From Paramoeba atlantica (taxonomy: Eukaryota; Protista; Discosea): a stretch of DNA of 64,000 nucleotides. The position numbers were made by a program, and so were the translations under genes. Every line of letters starts with the position of its first letter. The stretch's first letter is position 1. The stretch covers positions 496,001 through 560,000 of the forward strand of contig CDRNVI010000003.1 of NCBI GenBank assembly GCA_977017575.1, in the 5' to 3' direction. Of this stretch, positions 54,581 to 64,000 are shown piece by piece. Below the pieces are notes generated by a model. The model was not told the DNA's origin, ran no database searches, and saw nothing but the letters and a program-made list of their open reading frames with translations.

Positions 54581-54916
54581 CTCGTATGCTGATCTCGTTT
54601 TGTTGCAATATTTACATACGAGTAGCATAAAATTTCAATTTTCACAATATTTCTACTAATTTTCACAAAATTGACTAGCCTTTTTCCATGAAATCTTCTA
54701 TCCAAATTTTTAAAAATCTTAACCACGAGAAACGATTCAAAGAAACACACTTAGTTAGTACGGTCTTTCATACATTCTCGCAACATTACGGTACAAGTGT
54801 AATGTTGGTATTTCTAATGTTGAAATTAAAGTGTGGCTGTTTTTTCTTTCTGATGGGAAGTAGATGCTTTTCTACCTCGCCATGTAGATTTACGTTGTTT
54901 GACAAGTCCAGCTGGT

Positions 54917-55615
54917 TCAATGTATTGGAATGCTTCTTACTTCTATGTCAACGTTTCCGGAAAAATTATTTTCATACAGTCGAAGATAGGATAGGTTTGG
55001 GAGATTGTTTAGATAGAGTTTTCCTGATAACTGATTACGGTCGAGACAGAGATATTTCAACTCTAACGGCAGTTTAGTTAAGCAAACTTCACCTGTAAAT
55101 CGGTTAGCAGAGAGATCCAAATTGCGCAAATTCGGAGGGAGTGATGTCAAGTCCAATGATCCACTGAGCTCATTGTTCCGAAGAACTAAACATCTTAACT
55201 CGCAAGGCAAAATGTTCAGCGGAACTTCGCCAGAAAGATTGGTAACGAAAACATTAAATGTGTGCAACGTCTTTGGGATATAACCAAAACTCAATGAACC
55301 TGTGAGTTGTTCGTCGGACTGACTTATCCCGGACCAATTTATACACTTAATCTCACCCGCTTCGTTGCAGTCCACGCCGTCCCATTTACAAGCAGGGGTT
55401 GATGTTTTCCATGTGGAATGCAGGTTTCCAACATTACGCACAAGTTGTGCGAGTTCGTATTCTGGTGGGAAATTCGCCATGCTCACTCTTCCTGCACGTA
55501 CTTCGTGTATTGACTTTGGTATTTCTTGACGTAAAGCAGAATTCGTTGAAGGATTAATTTGGTGACGATTCGTGGAGGGCTCCAATGTGTCACGCAAAAC
55601 TGCAGTAAGTAGCAT
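54917..55615 (-). CDS. Short LRR protein (expanded family, copy 3)
   Basis: GRVSMANFPPEYELAQL, PACKWDGVDC cap, and LP..L..L.L..N.LSG.LDLT repeats. Confidence 0.87.
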   Translation of the reverse strand: MLLTAVLRDTLEPSTNRHQINPSTNSALRQEIPKSIHEVRAGRVSMANFPPEYELAQLVRNVGNLHSTWKTSTPACKWDGVDCNEAGEIKCINWSGISQSDEQLTGSLSFGYIPKTLHTFNVFVTNLSGEVPLNILPCELRCLVLRNNELSGSLDLTSLPPNLRNLDLSANRFTGEVCLTKLPLELKYLCLDRNQLSGKLYLNNLPNLSYLRLYENNFSGNVDIEVRSIPIH

Positions 55616-56652
55616 GCAAGAGAACGGAATGATGCAAACTAAACGAATGATTTACTCTTGACTACACATTTTCAGAAATGTATTAATGTAAATGTTAAAG
55701 TCCTTAGTACAGTAGTGGGGAACGATATGTGCCCCCTAGAGGTCTTGTGGTGTGTTTTTTTGTTTTTTTTTAATACCACCGTTTTCCGATCCAGTAGCTC
55801 CGAATCCGCTGTACTAACGTCAAGAGCGCGGGTGTGCGCGCGTGTACATGTATAATGGGAAGCTGCAGGAAAAGATTTTTTCTGGATTAGAATTAGGGAA
55901 GGTAAGGCATCGTGCCTATAGGAAACAATTTTCTACGCTACGACGCTTTTTTTTATGGACAACACCCGTATTATGTAATGTAAACCTACGAAGGTTTACG
56001 CGTTTGTCTAACATTACACGTTCGTTAGTCGGTTATGCGTAACAAACCAAACGTCAGCGTGTGTCGTTATTACACGGTTCTGAATTAGCCATAAGTACCT
56101 CCCACACTTCAGTTAAAGAGGATGCTCTCCAGAAGACGAGAAAAGGTAACTATGGAGGGGATTTGCTATCTTGCGGAAGGTTTCGACGGTAATAGAGACT
56201 AATGTTTTTTAAGAAACATGTAAGAAAAAATATGCGAACGATGCGATCTCGGCTTTGAGTCTTTGGGAAAATTGTGACTTCGAAAAAACGCCGCAGGCAA
56301 TAATGATGCTATAGTCCATTCGCAACATCTTCGATGAAACGTTTATGGGTACGTGGCCTATAGGACAGAAAAGAATTTTCTTTGCAAGCATTTTCAAGAG
56401 GTCTGCTCTAAGGCGAAAGCTTAATTCGCTAGAGGAGTACTTCTCGACTTACTGTGACCCCCCTTTAATTGGGATCGATTTTTGGATTCTGTCCGTATTA
56501 AAGGATCAGGGGGGGAATTCAACGTCCCTGACATATCGTCTTCGCAAAATGTCAAAAACTGAGAAACGCAAAACGTCAAAAACTGAAGGGATGCACTTGA
56601 TGATTGTAAGTCAGGGGGTGTAAGGGTATTGCAGGTTTTTTGTTATTGTAGT

Positions 56653-57810
56653 CTAACACTCACTCACGGAAATGTCGGTTCGACTTCCAATTTTACATGC
56701 CTGTTGCCTTAACGGGGTGATAAGCTGCTGTATTTTTTTCATTTCTTCATAGGCTCCCTCTGCACTATAGATAGCTACACAGCTCGCAACACTTTTCGCA
56801 GGCATGGACAACACAGCACGTAGTCTAGAAGTGCTTAGGGCATAAACGTAATCGACGGCCTGAGCCGCACAGGTCTCTGCTACCTTACGACACAATTTAT
56901 CAAGCACGCTCTCCCCACGCACAGGTTCCAGATCCGGTGCAAGGATACATAACTTGACACGATTTCGGTCCAGCCCCTTCAATGCTTGTTTGAGACCCAC
57001 TACATAACGCTGCCGTGCTTTTGTTCGTAGTGGTTGGTGTGTTTTTAATTTCTGTTGATAACTTTGCAACTTCTTAAGAAGTTGAGTCACTGCCTCGTCG
57101 AGTTCCTGGCTAATTGCATTGTCTACGTAATTCCTGATGCGTGGAACCTCGGGTGATCCTATTGGGTTCGTTAGTCGTTTATCCATTTCCGTTGCGTTTT
57201 TGTGAAGATAAGATGCAAGTTCGGATGGAGGGAATAAACTCCAAGAGGCCTCCGGGTGGCGTAGAAGGTGCTGTGAAGCTTCAGGGTTTCGACTTCCTCC
57301 TGCAGATGCCTTCCTACAAAAAAGACCAGCTACGTTAAAAAGTGTATTTAGATGAGGTCGTATATTCCACACGTTCCAGTCATGTAGAGCGGCAGATCCA
57401 TTGTCCTTGTACAAAGCCGTAAAAAGACTTGACAAATGTCGAAAACTCGAAGAGGGGTCTGATTCGTCGTAAATTTCTTGCCGAGAACTCCGGACCTGCT
57501 GTTTTAGTGATGTGGGTTTCGGAGGGCGAATCGTTTTCTGCCTACCAGATTGCACATTTTCCCCGGTCGGGTTGCTTCCCGTATGTGTTTTATTCACCGA
57601 TGATGACACACTAAAAAATTTTGCTGCAGCCTCATTTTTAGCAGAACTACGAGTGTCGCTTTGTCTGCAATGTGACATATCCAGACGGAGAAAATCTTGA
57701 CCCTTCTTCTTGGTTCCCTCGCTAAATGTTGAAGATGACCCACTTAATTGATAAACTCTGCCATGACGCTTCGAAGATGAAATAGAGTGCTCAGCAGCCG
57801 AAGGACGCAT
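56653..57810 (-). CDS. SBP2: SECIS-binding protein 2 (L7Ae domain)
   Basis: RNYVDNAIS.ELD..V..LL.KL..YQ.KL....P...KAR.RYVVGLKQ.LK....VKL.ILAPDLE is the SBP2 SID + L7Ae pattern. Confidence 0.85.
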   Translation of the reverse strand: MRPSAAEHSISSSKRHGRVYQLSGSSSTFSEGTKKKGQDFLRLDMSHCRQSDTRSSAKNEAAAKFFSVSSSVNKTHTGSNPTGENVQSGRQKTIRPPKPTSLKQQVRSSRQEIYDESDPSSSFRHLSSLFTALYKDNGSAALHDWNVWNIRPHLNTLFNVAGLFCRKASAGGSRNPEASQHLLRHPEASWSLFPPSELASYLHKNATEMDKRLTNPIGSPEVPRIRNYVDNAISQELDEAVTQLLKKLQSYQQKLKTHQPLRTKARQRYVVGLKQALKGLDRNRVKLCILAPDLEPVRGESVLDKLCRKVAETCAAQAVDYVYALSTSRLRAVLSMPAKSVASCVAIYSAEGAYEEMKKIQQLITPLRQQACKIGSRTDISVSEC

Positions 57811-58049
57811 TACTTCAAAAAGAAACTAAAAAGACACTCCCAATACGTCGGATTCGTGCTATTCCTTTCATAAATTCGAGTGTTATAAGGAAATGTTTTT
57901 AATTTTGACAATGAGCTCTTCTTAAATTCTAGGAGATCTCCCCACTTTAAAAAAAATGTCCTAGCAGCATGAAACGAATCTATCAAGAAAACCTTAATTT
58001 CTCCAAAACAAAAAATCGCATCATCTGCCCTCTTCGTTGCTGCAACATA

Positions 58050-58709
58050 TCAAGAAAACCCTAATTTCTCCAAAATATCTTGATTTCGCATCATCTGCTC
58101 TCTTCGTTGTTGCTGCAAAGCGGATCCCATTCCCTGATTATAGAATTCCTCCTGTCCTTCGGCGTCGGACTCGGAGTCAGACGTCAATCTCTTTTTTTTT
58201 CTTGCAACTCTACTGGAAATGTGTGTACTGGTCTGTGAAGAGCTTGATTCGCTTATCGATTCGTCCACCGAGCTTTCTGTTTGTGGACATTCCTGTATCC
58301 TGTCATCTGCCTTTCTTTTCCCCCCTTTTCGCCTCTTTGAGTGATCTGATTCTTCTTCCGCCAATGCAGAGGTGCCTGTACCCTCCCCGGAGGAGGCTTC
58401 CTCGCTTGCTTGGGAGGCCTCTATGGAGCGTTGATCCGGAAGATCTCTCTCCGCACGGTTTGAATCGATCCGACTTCGCCTGTTCCTGGGCCTTCGTGCA
58501 TTGCCCCGTCTCACCCGTTCCCTCATCTCGTCGGTGAAGACATCCATGAAATGCCCAATTGCGGTAATGGACCAGGACTGGGGTGTGATGCTGGGGTAGT
58601 GGTTGCAGTAGGGACACTCAACGGATCCATTGGATTGGTACACACAGGCGGAGCACAGGTAATACTCCTTGTCCGATTGATACGCCCCAGAGGTAAGATG
58701 GCTGAGCAT
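58050..58709 (-). CDS. Hypothetical protein with CxxC...CPxC zinc motif and Ser/Glu/Arg-rich disordered region
   Basis: LCSAC...ECPYC; C-terminal RREQMMRNQDILEKLGF. Confidence 0.55.
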   Translation of the reverse strand: MLSHLTSGAYQSDKEYYLCSACVYQSNGSVECPYCNHYPSITPQSWSITAIGHFMDVFTDEMRERVRRGNARRPRNRRSRIDSNRAERDLPDQRSIEASQASEEASSGEGTGTSALAEEESDHSKRRKGGKRKADDRIQECPQTESSVDESISESSSSQTSTHISSRVARKKKRLTSDSESDAEGQEEFYNQGMGSALQQQRREQMMRNQDILEKLGFS

Positions 58710-58882
58710 AGATGCTGGTGTATTAAGAGGTTAAAATGAAAATAAATTTCTTTAAAATGGTTTTTTCTTGCCTCTTTAAACAACTTCTAAAAGCCTATAA
58801 AAATTGAACATGAATAAGTAAAGTTTAGGGTATTTAGTGGAGATAGGTATTTTTTAACAGCATGAATTCCGAATCCATCCAC

Positions 58883-60454
58883 CTACCGTTTAAAATTCCT
58901 CATATTCTGTTTCTTCCCCCTCCCTTTCAGCTTGCTCACCCGCGCGGGTTTATACCCCGGAACGCGTGCCTCAGGCGCCACCGTCCGTCGTTTATTCTGA
59001 TTAAACCGTCTTTGGTTTTCTATTTTTCGTTTTATTTTCTTTTTCATACGGAATTTGGTGTGCAAACTTGTCTTTGTCGTCACCAGCCGCTCCATATCTT
59101 CTTTTCGCTTCTCCGATTCTCTCTTTCGTTTACGCACCGGTGGGGCGGGAGGTGCCCTCGGTTTTTGTACCCTCGACACGCGATCCTGGACGACACAAAA
59201 ATGGGAAGGGTAGGCTTGGAGAAACGACTTAAGACTCGTGGTGAGGAGCCCGTCATAGCGCAGATTAAACTGACCCCAGGGCATGTCGAGACGATCGCCC
59301 AGTGTGCCCAGAGGCAAGGAGCGGCCAGGGCTTGCCGGGAGATGCCCGAGGAGCTCATCGAGCGCCATCGAGCGGTACGCCTCCTTTCGTTCATGCGCCT
59401 CCGCGCGTCGCGGCATGGAGAGCGTTGTGATGCCATCCGCTGTGGCTTTATGGTATTGTTTTTTAAGATGAAGTAATTTGGCTGTTGGGTTGTTGGCTTT
59501 ACTTGTCGTTGTTGCTGGTTTTTGTGCAGTCGAGGTGACGGTAAAATATCCGGATCGATGAAGGAGTTGGGGGAAACTTCCCCACAAGGCATTGAGGTGA
59601 AAGGGAGACCACCCGGAGCGGTGTTCTACTACGGAGAGGGGGAGTGGGGAAGATAACGCGTGGGCGATGGTGTGACAAAAGATTTGAAGAAATTCGCCAC
59701 ATTGGGATCCGTAACGGGCTTCGAAGGGACTGGGAATTGTCCAACTGTGGGGGAGTGTGATGATGTGGGGTACACCAAAAAGTTCTGACAGATCATCGGT
59801 GGTGGTTTCTTCAAGATGTCGACATAAATAGGAAAGAATAGCAATGTGAAGAAGGTCGTGTTCCGAGTGAGTTTTAAAGCTGCTTTTGTTTAAGATGGCT
59901 CGGCAGTGCAGGAGGCAACGAGACAAATGTTTCTGGGAGATAAAGGCTGCATGAAGCGCCCATAGCAAAAGAATTCCTGTTGCCTCTTCGAACTTCACAC
60001 ACATTCCTTCCCATGGTTTCGAAAGAGAATTCCGCGCTGCGGATTCATAATCAAAGCCTTCTAGCCTGGAGCCTAGCTCGTTTGATGATGTGGTGGGCGT
60101 ATATGTTAAGCATCTTTTGCTGTTATAGTCGCCAGATATGGTTAGAAAATATTTACCTTCATTAGAAAATGCATTTTTCAGTCCTGCGTCTTTCATTTTT
60201 CCCTCCACATCCTCCTCAGCATCGTGATTTTTTAAACCAATAGGTGAGGTTCTAAGCTCCACATTCTGGGAATCTGTCGGTTTAATGACCTTGCTTACTT
60301 TGCGTGGAGCTCTATGATGCTGTTTCCTGTGCTCCGGCCAGAGAGAACGAAAACACTCTTGAGAACAGAAGAACCCCTTTTTGGGGTCTGGAAGACAATC
60401 TGGGCATTGGAATTTCGGAGGTTTGCCGCAATTTTCACAAGACACGGAATTCAT
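58883..60454 (-). CDS. Protein with N-terminal MYND-like/zf-C6H2 finger and Lys/Arg-rich (nucleolar-like) C-terminus
   Basis: CENCGKPPKFQCPDC...FFCSQECF...W.EH...H resembles the MetAP1-type zf-C6H2. No MetAP catalytic domain seen. Confidence 0.75.
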   Translation of the reverse strand: MNSVSCENCGKPPKFQCPDCLPDPKKGFFCSQECFRSLWPEHRKQHHRAPRKVSKVIKPTDSQNVELRTSPIGLKNHDAEEDVEGKMKDAGLKNAFSNEGKYFLTISGDYNSKRCLTYTPTTSSNELGSRLEGFDYESAARNSLSKPWEGMCVKFEEATGILLLWALHAAFISQKHLSRCLLHCRAILNKSSFKTHSEHDLLHIAILSYLCRHLEETTTDDLSELFGVPHIITLPHSWTIPSPFEARYGSQCGEFLQIFCHTIAHALSSPLPLSVVEHRSGWSPFHLNALWGSFPQLLHRSGYFTVTSTAQKPATTTSKANNPTAKLLHLKKQYHKATADGITTLSMPRRAEAHERKEAYRSMALDELLGHLPASPGRSLPLGTLGDRLDMPWGQFNLRYDGLLTTSLKSFLQAYPSHFCVVQDRVSRVQKPRAPPAPPVRKRKRESEKRKEDMERLVTTKTSLHTKFRMKKKIKRKIENQRRFNQNKRRTVAPEARVPGYKPARVSKLKGRGKKQNMRNFKR

Positions 60455-60849
60455 GCTAAGGCTGGCTGCGAAATGTAATTATTTTTACGAATTGCTATAG
60501 TTTCATACATATCGCATTTTTAACAAATGTTGAAATAACAAGAATTTATACAATGTAGCACACTTATTCGGCAGAACCTTATGATAACCTAATGATAACG
60601 TGTTGAGACTGAAAAACCTCAGGCAATCATGTCCAATTTTATGAACGCAGCAACTCTTCCCAGTCCTTTTGTTGAGCTGCAATAGTTGAGCTATGTCTCT
60701 TTGTATCTATCTGAAAAACGTACAAATATTACTGTCCTGCATTCACAAAATCTATCAAATCAAATACTTCACAATATCTACATGTTCTTCACCTCCCGAG
60801 CTGCATCTCTACTAAATCACATTCAACCGTAGTTATTTCTATCCTTTGC

Positions 60850-61179
60850 CTAATATCCATACACCCGTTGTCCATTACGTGCGAGAGCGTAAATCACGTC
60901 CTGTACGGACACAGTCCGCGCCTTTCGGTGCTCGCAGCATGCCTCAATAGTCCGAAGGTACCCCTTCAAGCGATCTGCACACAACCGACGCACCTCATCG
61001 TAGATCAGAGAGGACACGCGCTTCACCCCCGCACGTCGCGCCAATCGGCGGATGCAAGGATTCGTCAGACGAGACACATCGCTCGTTCTTGTGCTGTTTT
61101 GTCGCTTCGAGTGACCTTTTTCGCTGGTGGGCTTCTTGCGCAGGCCCTCGGAGTGTCCAGATTGATTCACTGTTACCAT
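60850..61179 (-). CDS. H4: Divergent histone H4 (possible variant)
   Basis: IRRLARRAGVKRVSSLIYDEVR...EH...TV...DVIYAL.R.G...YGY aligns without gaps to the H4 core. Confidence 0.9.
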   Translation of the reverse strand: MVTVNQSGHSEGLRKKPTSEKGHSKRQNSTRTSDVSRLTNPCIRRLARRAGVKRVSSLIYDEVRRLCADRLKGYLRTIEACCEHRKARTVSVQDVIYALARNGQRVYGY

Positions 61180-61284
61180 ATCTTAGAAAGCGTTGAATAA
61201 ATAGAAAAAGATGATTCAATCAAAACGAAATCACTTCACAAAATCTTGTTCTTCTAGAAAAATATGTTTTCAGAAATTTACATG

Positions 61285-61360
61285 AAATCTCGGTAGAGCT
61301 ATCAGCTGCAAAGTCATCGCCTATTTTTAAGACCGACAGAGAGCTAGCGATCTACCTTAC
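61285..61360 (-). ncRNA. H/ACA-like (single-hairpin, AGA-box) snoRNA, copy 1
   Basis: 76-nt near-exact repeat of 61661-61733. Minus strand folds with a GGTAGA/TCTACC basal stem and ends AGA-TTT. Pocket sequences TCGC(T) and GATAG are complementary to conserved LSU CUAUC-U-A-GCGA. Confidence 0.7.
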
Positions 61361-61660
61361 TGCACGCATTGCTATTCCGAGAAAAACGATTGCCCTCGTT
61401 CTCGGAACCAAAGAGCACAGTGCTGCGGGTCAAAAAATGTGTGCGGAAAGGGATATTTGAAAGTGAATCATAAATTATTATTTTTTCAGAAAAATATTTT
61501 CTGCATACGAATACGCAAACTTTAACTTAGCATTCTCATGATAACTCAGTTGCACTTAACAATTTTTTAACAATATTAAGCACAACACAAACTCATTTCT
61601 CAGAAAAGGGATTACCTGTCAAATAATAATGCAATAATAATAATGCAGCACCAGTGCATA

Positions 61661-61733
61661 AAATCTCGGTAGAGCTATCAGCTGCAAAGTCATCGCCTAT
61701 TAAGACCGACAGAGAGCTAGCGATCTACCTTAC
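61661..61733 (-). ncRNA. H/ACA-like (single-hairpin, AGA-box) snoRNA, copy 2
   Basis: GTAAGGTAGATCGCTAGCTCTCTGTCGGTCTTAATAGGCGATGACTTTGCAGCTGATAGCTCTACCGAGATTT; differs from copy 1 only by 3 nt in the apical loop. Confidence 0.7.
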
Positions 61734-61820
61734 AGGTGAGCCGTACGTTTTATGTACAAGAATACACGTTGTATTCAGATAAATACATGTTTCCGTAAAT
61801 TCTTATAAGGAATTCTTTAA

Positions 61821-62732
61821 CTATGACTGTTTCTTCGTAACCTGTTTTTTTGAGGTAATCAGCTGTACCTCTGGCAGGGGTACAGGCTCACGTTTTTCCC
61901 GGTATTTCGTCTTACGCACCATGGGGGGATATACCCCACGGCTTTTGTGTCCCTCAAGCAGGTGTGTCGCCAGCCGGGCGAGTCTTCGGCTGTAGTCCAC
62001 CCGACGCGTAGGCACCGCGCTGTATCGTGGGGGTAAGCCCAGCATCTCACGTCTGCGGCGAACCATGGCTTGTAAATCAAGCATTCGTTGCCGGGCGTAG
62101 GCCTCTCGTGAGGCTCGATATTTATTATGGTCCTGTCGCAACTGCGGTCTCTCCGCGGAGGGGTCACTGTGCTCGTAGCGTCGAGCCGCCTCTCGTCGAG
62201 AGAACTCCGTAACTCGTTTTTTTACAGGAAGCATAGCGAGCTGGGATTTGTGTCGCAGATCTATAGATTTGAGATTGAGGCTCTGTGCGGATAGCAGCCA
62301 TTTGAGACTAGGGGAGGGAAGTTGATGAACCCAAAGGGGGTAAAGTTGTTTCTGTGTTCCGAGCATAAAGGCCTCCCGGCGATCCTCATAACGAATCCCG
62401 TGTGAGTCTTCTAGGCGTCTCAAAATCAGCTCCCTGTCCTTTTGTACTGTGTTGTTTTTTAATGGATTTGGGCTAGGAGACTGACCTTTTTGAGAAAAAT
62501 CTTCCTTATTATTGGTTGAGGACTCGGAGGTAACGCTAGGTGAAGGTGTTGTCGCACCAACAGCAGATATTGTATTTTTCTTTAGATTGCCGTTACCGTA
62601 ATGATCTTGTGATCGATTCCACAATTTAGAAATAGATGGAAATGGAGAGCTGGCATGAGACTTCGAGAACGAGTAGTACAGTCCTCGAGGCGTAAGTGGA
62701 TGCACACCTTCTAAAAGGCAAACTCGTTGCAT
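61821..62732 (-). CDS. Basic, probably mitochondrial hypothetical protein (possible mitoribosomal protein)
   Basis: Presequence-like N-terminus, Ser-rich linker and an Arg-rich C-terminal half. The function is a guess. Confidence 0.65.
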   Translation of the reverse strand: MQRVCLLEGVHPLTPRGLYYSFSKSHASSPFPSISKLWNRSQDHYGNGNLKKNTISAVGATTPSPSVTSESSTNNKEDFSQKGQSPSPNPLKNNTVQKDRELILRRLEDSHGIRYEDRREAFMLGTQKQLYPLWVHQLPSPSLKWLLSAQSLNLKSIDLRHKSQLAMLPVKKRVTEFSRREAARRYEHSDPSAERPQLRQDHNKYRASREAYARQRMLDLQAMVRRRREMLGLPPRYSAVPTRRVDYSRRLARLATHLLEGHKSRGVYPPMVRKTKYREKREPVPLPEVQLITSKKQVTKKQS

Positions 62733-62921
62733 TCCTTATTGACAATTTAGTATCTCCTTCGATAAGTTATTGTTTTGTTCTTTACATGTAGAAAGTTAAT
62801 CAAGGTAAGTAGGAGTTAAAATTCGTATTATGTAAAGCTACAGATCGCTTGTTTGGCTCTGGCGGCATCCCACCTCTTAAATACACTGTAACTTCGAACA
62901 GGTTTGATATAGTGTTATTTG

Positions 62922-63599
62922 TCAAAATCTAAAATCGACTAATGATGGAACACTTGATGTTGCATAAACCTGGTTGCCTCGTAGCTCGATATGTTTTATT
63001 GAATCCGGAAGTTTTGAAAAATCGACTGGACCTACAAAACGATTATTACTTAGAGATAGATAACCCAAGCTTGTAGGGAGTGACGTAAGATCTAGTGTTC
63101 CGCTGAATTGGTTTTCCTGAATTCTCAAATCCTGTATTTCGGGCGGTAGCATCGTCAAGTCGACAGAACCAAAATGCTTGCCACGTGCAATGCTTAAATT
63201 GATCAGTGATGCAGGTAGATACGCAATGGGCAAGGTTCCCGTAAGTAGTCGCTGAAAAGCCGTCGTACAATTCAGAGTAGTGTCCGGCATGTATCGCCAC
63301 AATAAATTACCCGCGAGGCCGGCTGGACCACCAGAAAAAGGGGGATTTGCGAAAGCGATCACCGAAACGCGATAATCGGAATCACAACGTACATATTCCC
63401 AGTCGCATGCAGGTCTTTTGTCTGTCCATGAGTAATGCGGATGGGAAATGTTAGACACGAATTGGGCGAGTCGGTATTCCTGAGGGAGGTGTGCAGCTCG
63501 AACTTTTCCAAGTCTACTGGGCTCTGCATCGCGAAACAGCAAATGGACAATTGTATTTCGACAGCAAAACATGCAAAATGAAGCACCAACAAAAAGCAA
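62922..63599 (-). CDS. Short LRR protein (expanded family, copy 4)
   Basis: RLGKVRAAHLPQEYRLAQF, PACDWEYVRC cap, and LP..L..L.L..N.FSG.LDLT repeats. Confidence 0.87.
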   Translation of the reverse strand: MLFVGASFCMFCCRNTIVHLLFRDAEPSRLGKVRAAHLPQEYRLAQFVSNISHPHYSWTDKRPACDWEYVRCDSDYRVSVIAFANPPFSGGPAGLAGNLLWRYMPDTTLNCTTAFQRLLTGTLPIAYLPASLINLSIARGKHFGSVDLTMLPPEIQDLRIQENQFSGTLDLTSLPTSLGYLSLSNNRFVGPVDFSKLPDSIKHIELRGNQVYATSSVPSLVDFRF

Positions 63600-64000
63600 G
63601 AATCACAAATAGGGAAAGACGTAAACTAAGAGTTATAAACTACAATTCCCATATACTGTATGAAAATAAAATTACGCCTCAACGTCAATGCACGATATGT
63701 TATCTGGGGTGTAGTTCGTAAGTATAAAGTAGAAAAGCAAAAAAAAGACAGCAAAATCGATAAAGAATTAAAAAATCGGAAATAACTCGAATGAGGAAAT
63801 GGTATTTCTCCTCAGAATTCTATTTCTCCCCGCTAATCGCGTGGTGCACTCATAAAGGTTTTCTAAAACCTTTAAAGCTCTGTCTACAAAGTATGTTTAG
63901 TCTACCACTTCATTTCATGCAGCAAGTTTCTACGCTGCACCCGATCCATCATGACCGTTGAATATTCCTCAAAATTAGGACAACTTCAAAATGGGAACTT

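Noticed and set aside
61335-61352. U6 snRNA-like ACAGAGA box on the plus strand
   Set aside because: The downstream U6 sequence (AGAUUAGCAUGG, ISL) is absent; the minus-strand H/ACA reading fits better.

Overview
Eukaryotic, intron-less, gene-dense DNA from a kinetoplastid. Trypanothione reductase is present and every conserved gene lies on the minus strand, as in a polycistronic unit. The compact genes and an expanded short-LRR family suggest a Perkinsela-like prokinetoplastid, but that assignment is inference. Housekeeping genes include MCM4, SRAP/HMCES, an SLC35F-like transporter, TR, RRP15, UTP7, an XRN exonuclease, SBP2 and a divergent histone H4. They are interleaved with cut-and-paste DNA transposon material: a TA-flanked pogo element with complete TIRs, two PIF/Harbinger-type transposases, a hAT relic and several MITEs. 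A repeat/palindrome island lies at 7.2-10.2 kb. The main items not visible in the ORF track are: (1) an ORF of at least 1314 aa running off the left edge, with three CCHH-CCHC zinc modules; (2) a full-length HAP2/GCS1 gamete fusogen split by one in-frame TAA and carrying a mucin-like insertion; (3) a duplicated AGA-box H/ACA-like snoRNA with a plausible LSU rRNA target; (4) recurrent GC-rich islands inside genes where strand skew flips from C-rich to G-rich. All homology calls come from motif recognition by eye; no searches were run.
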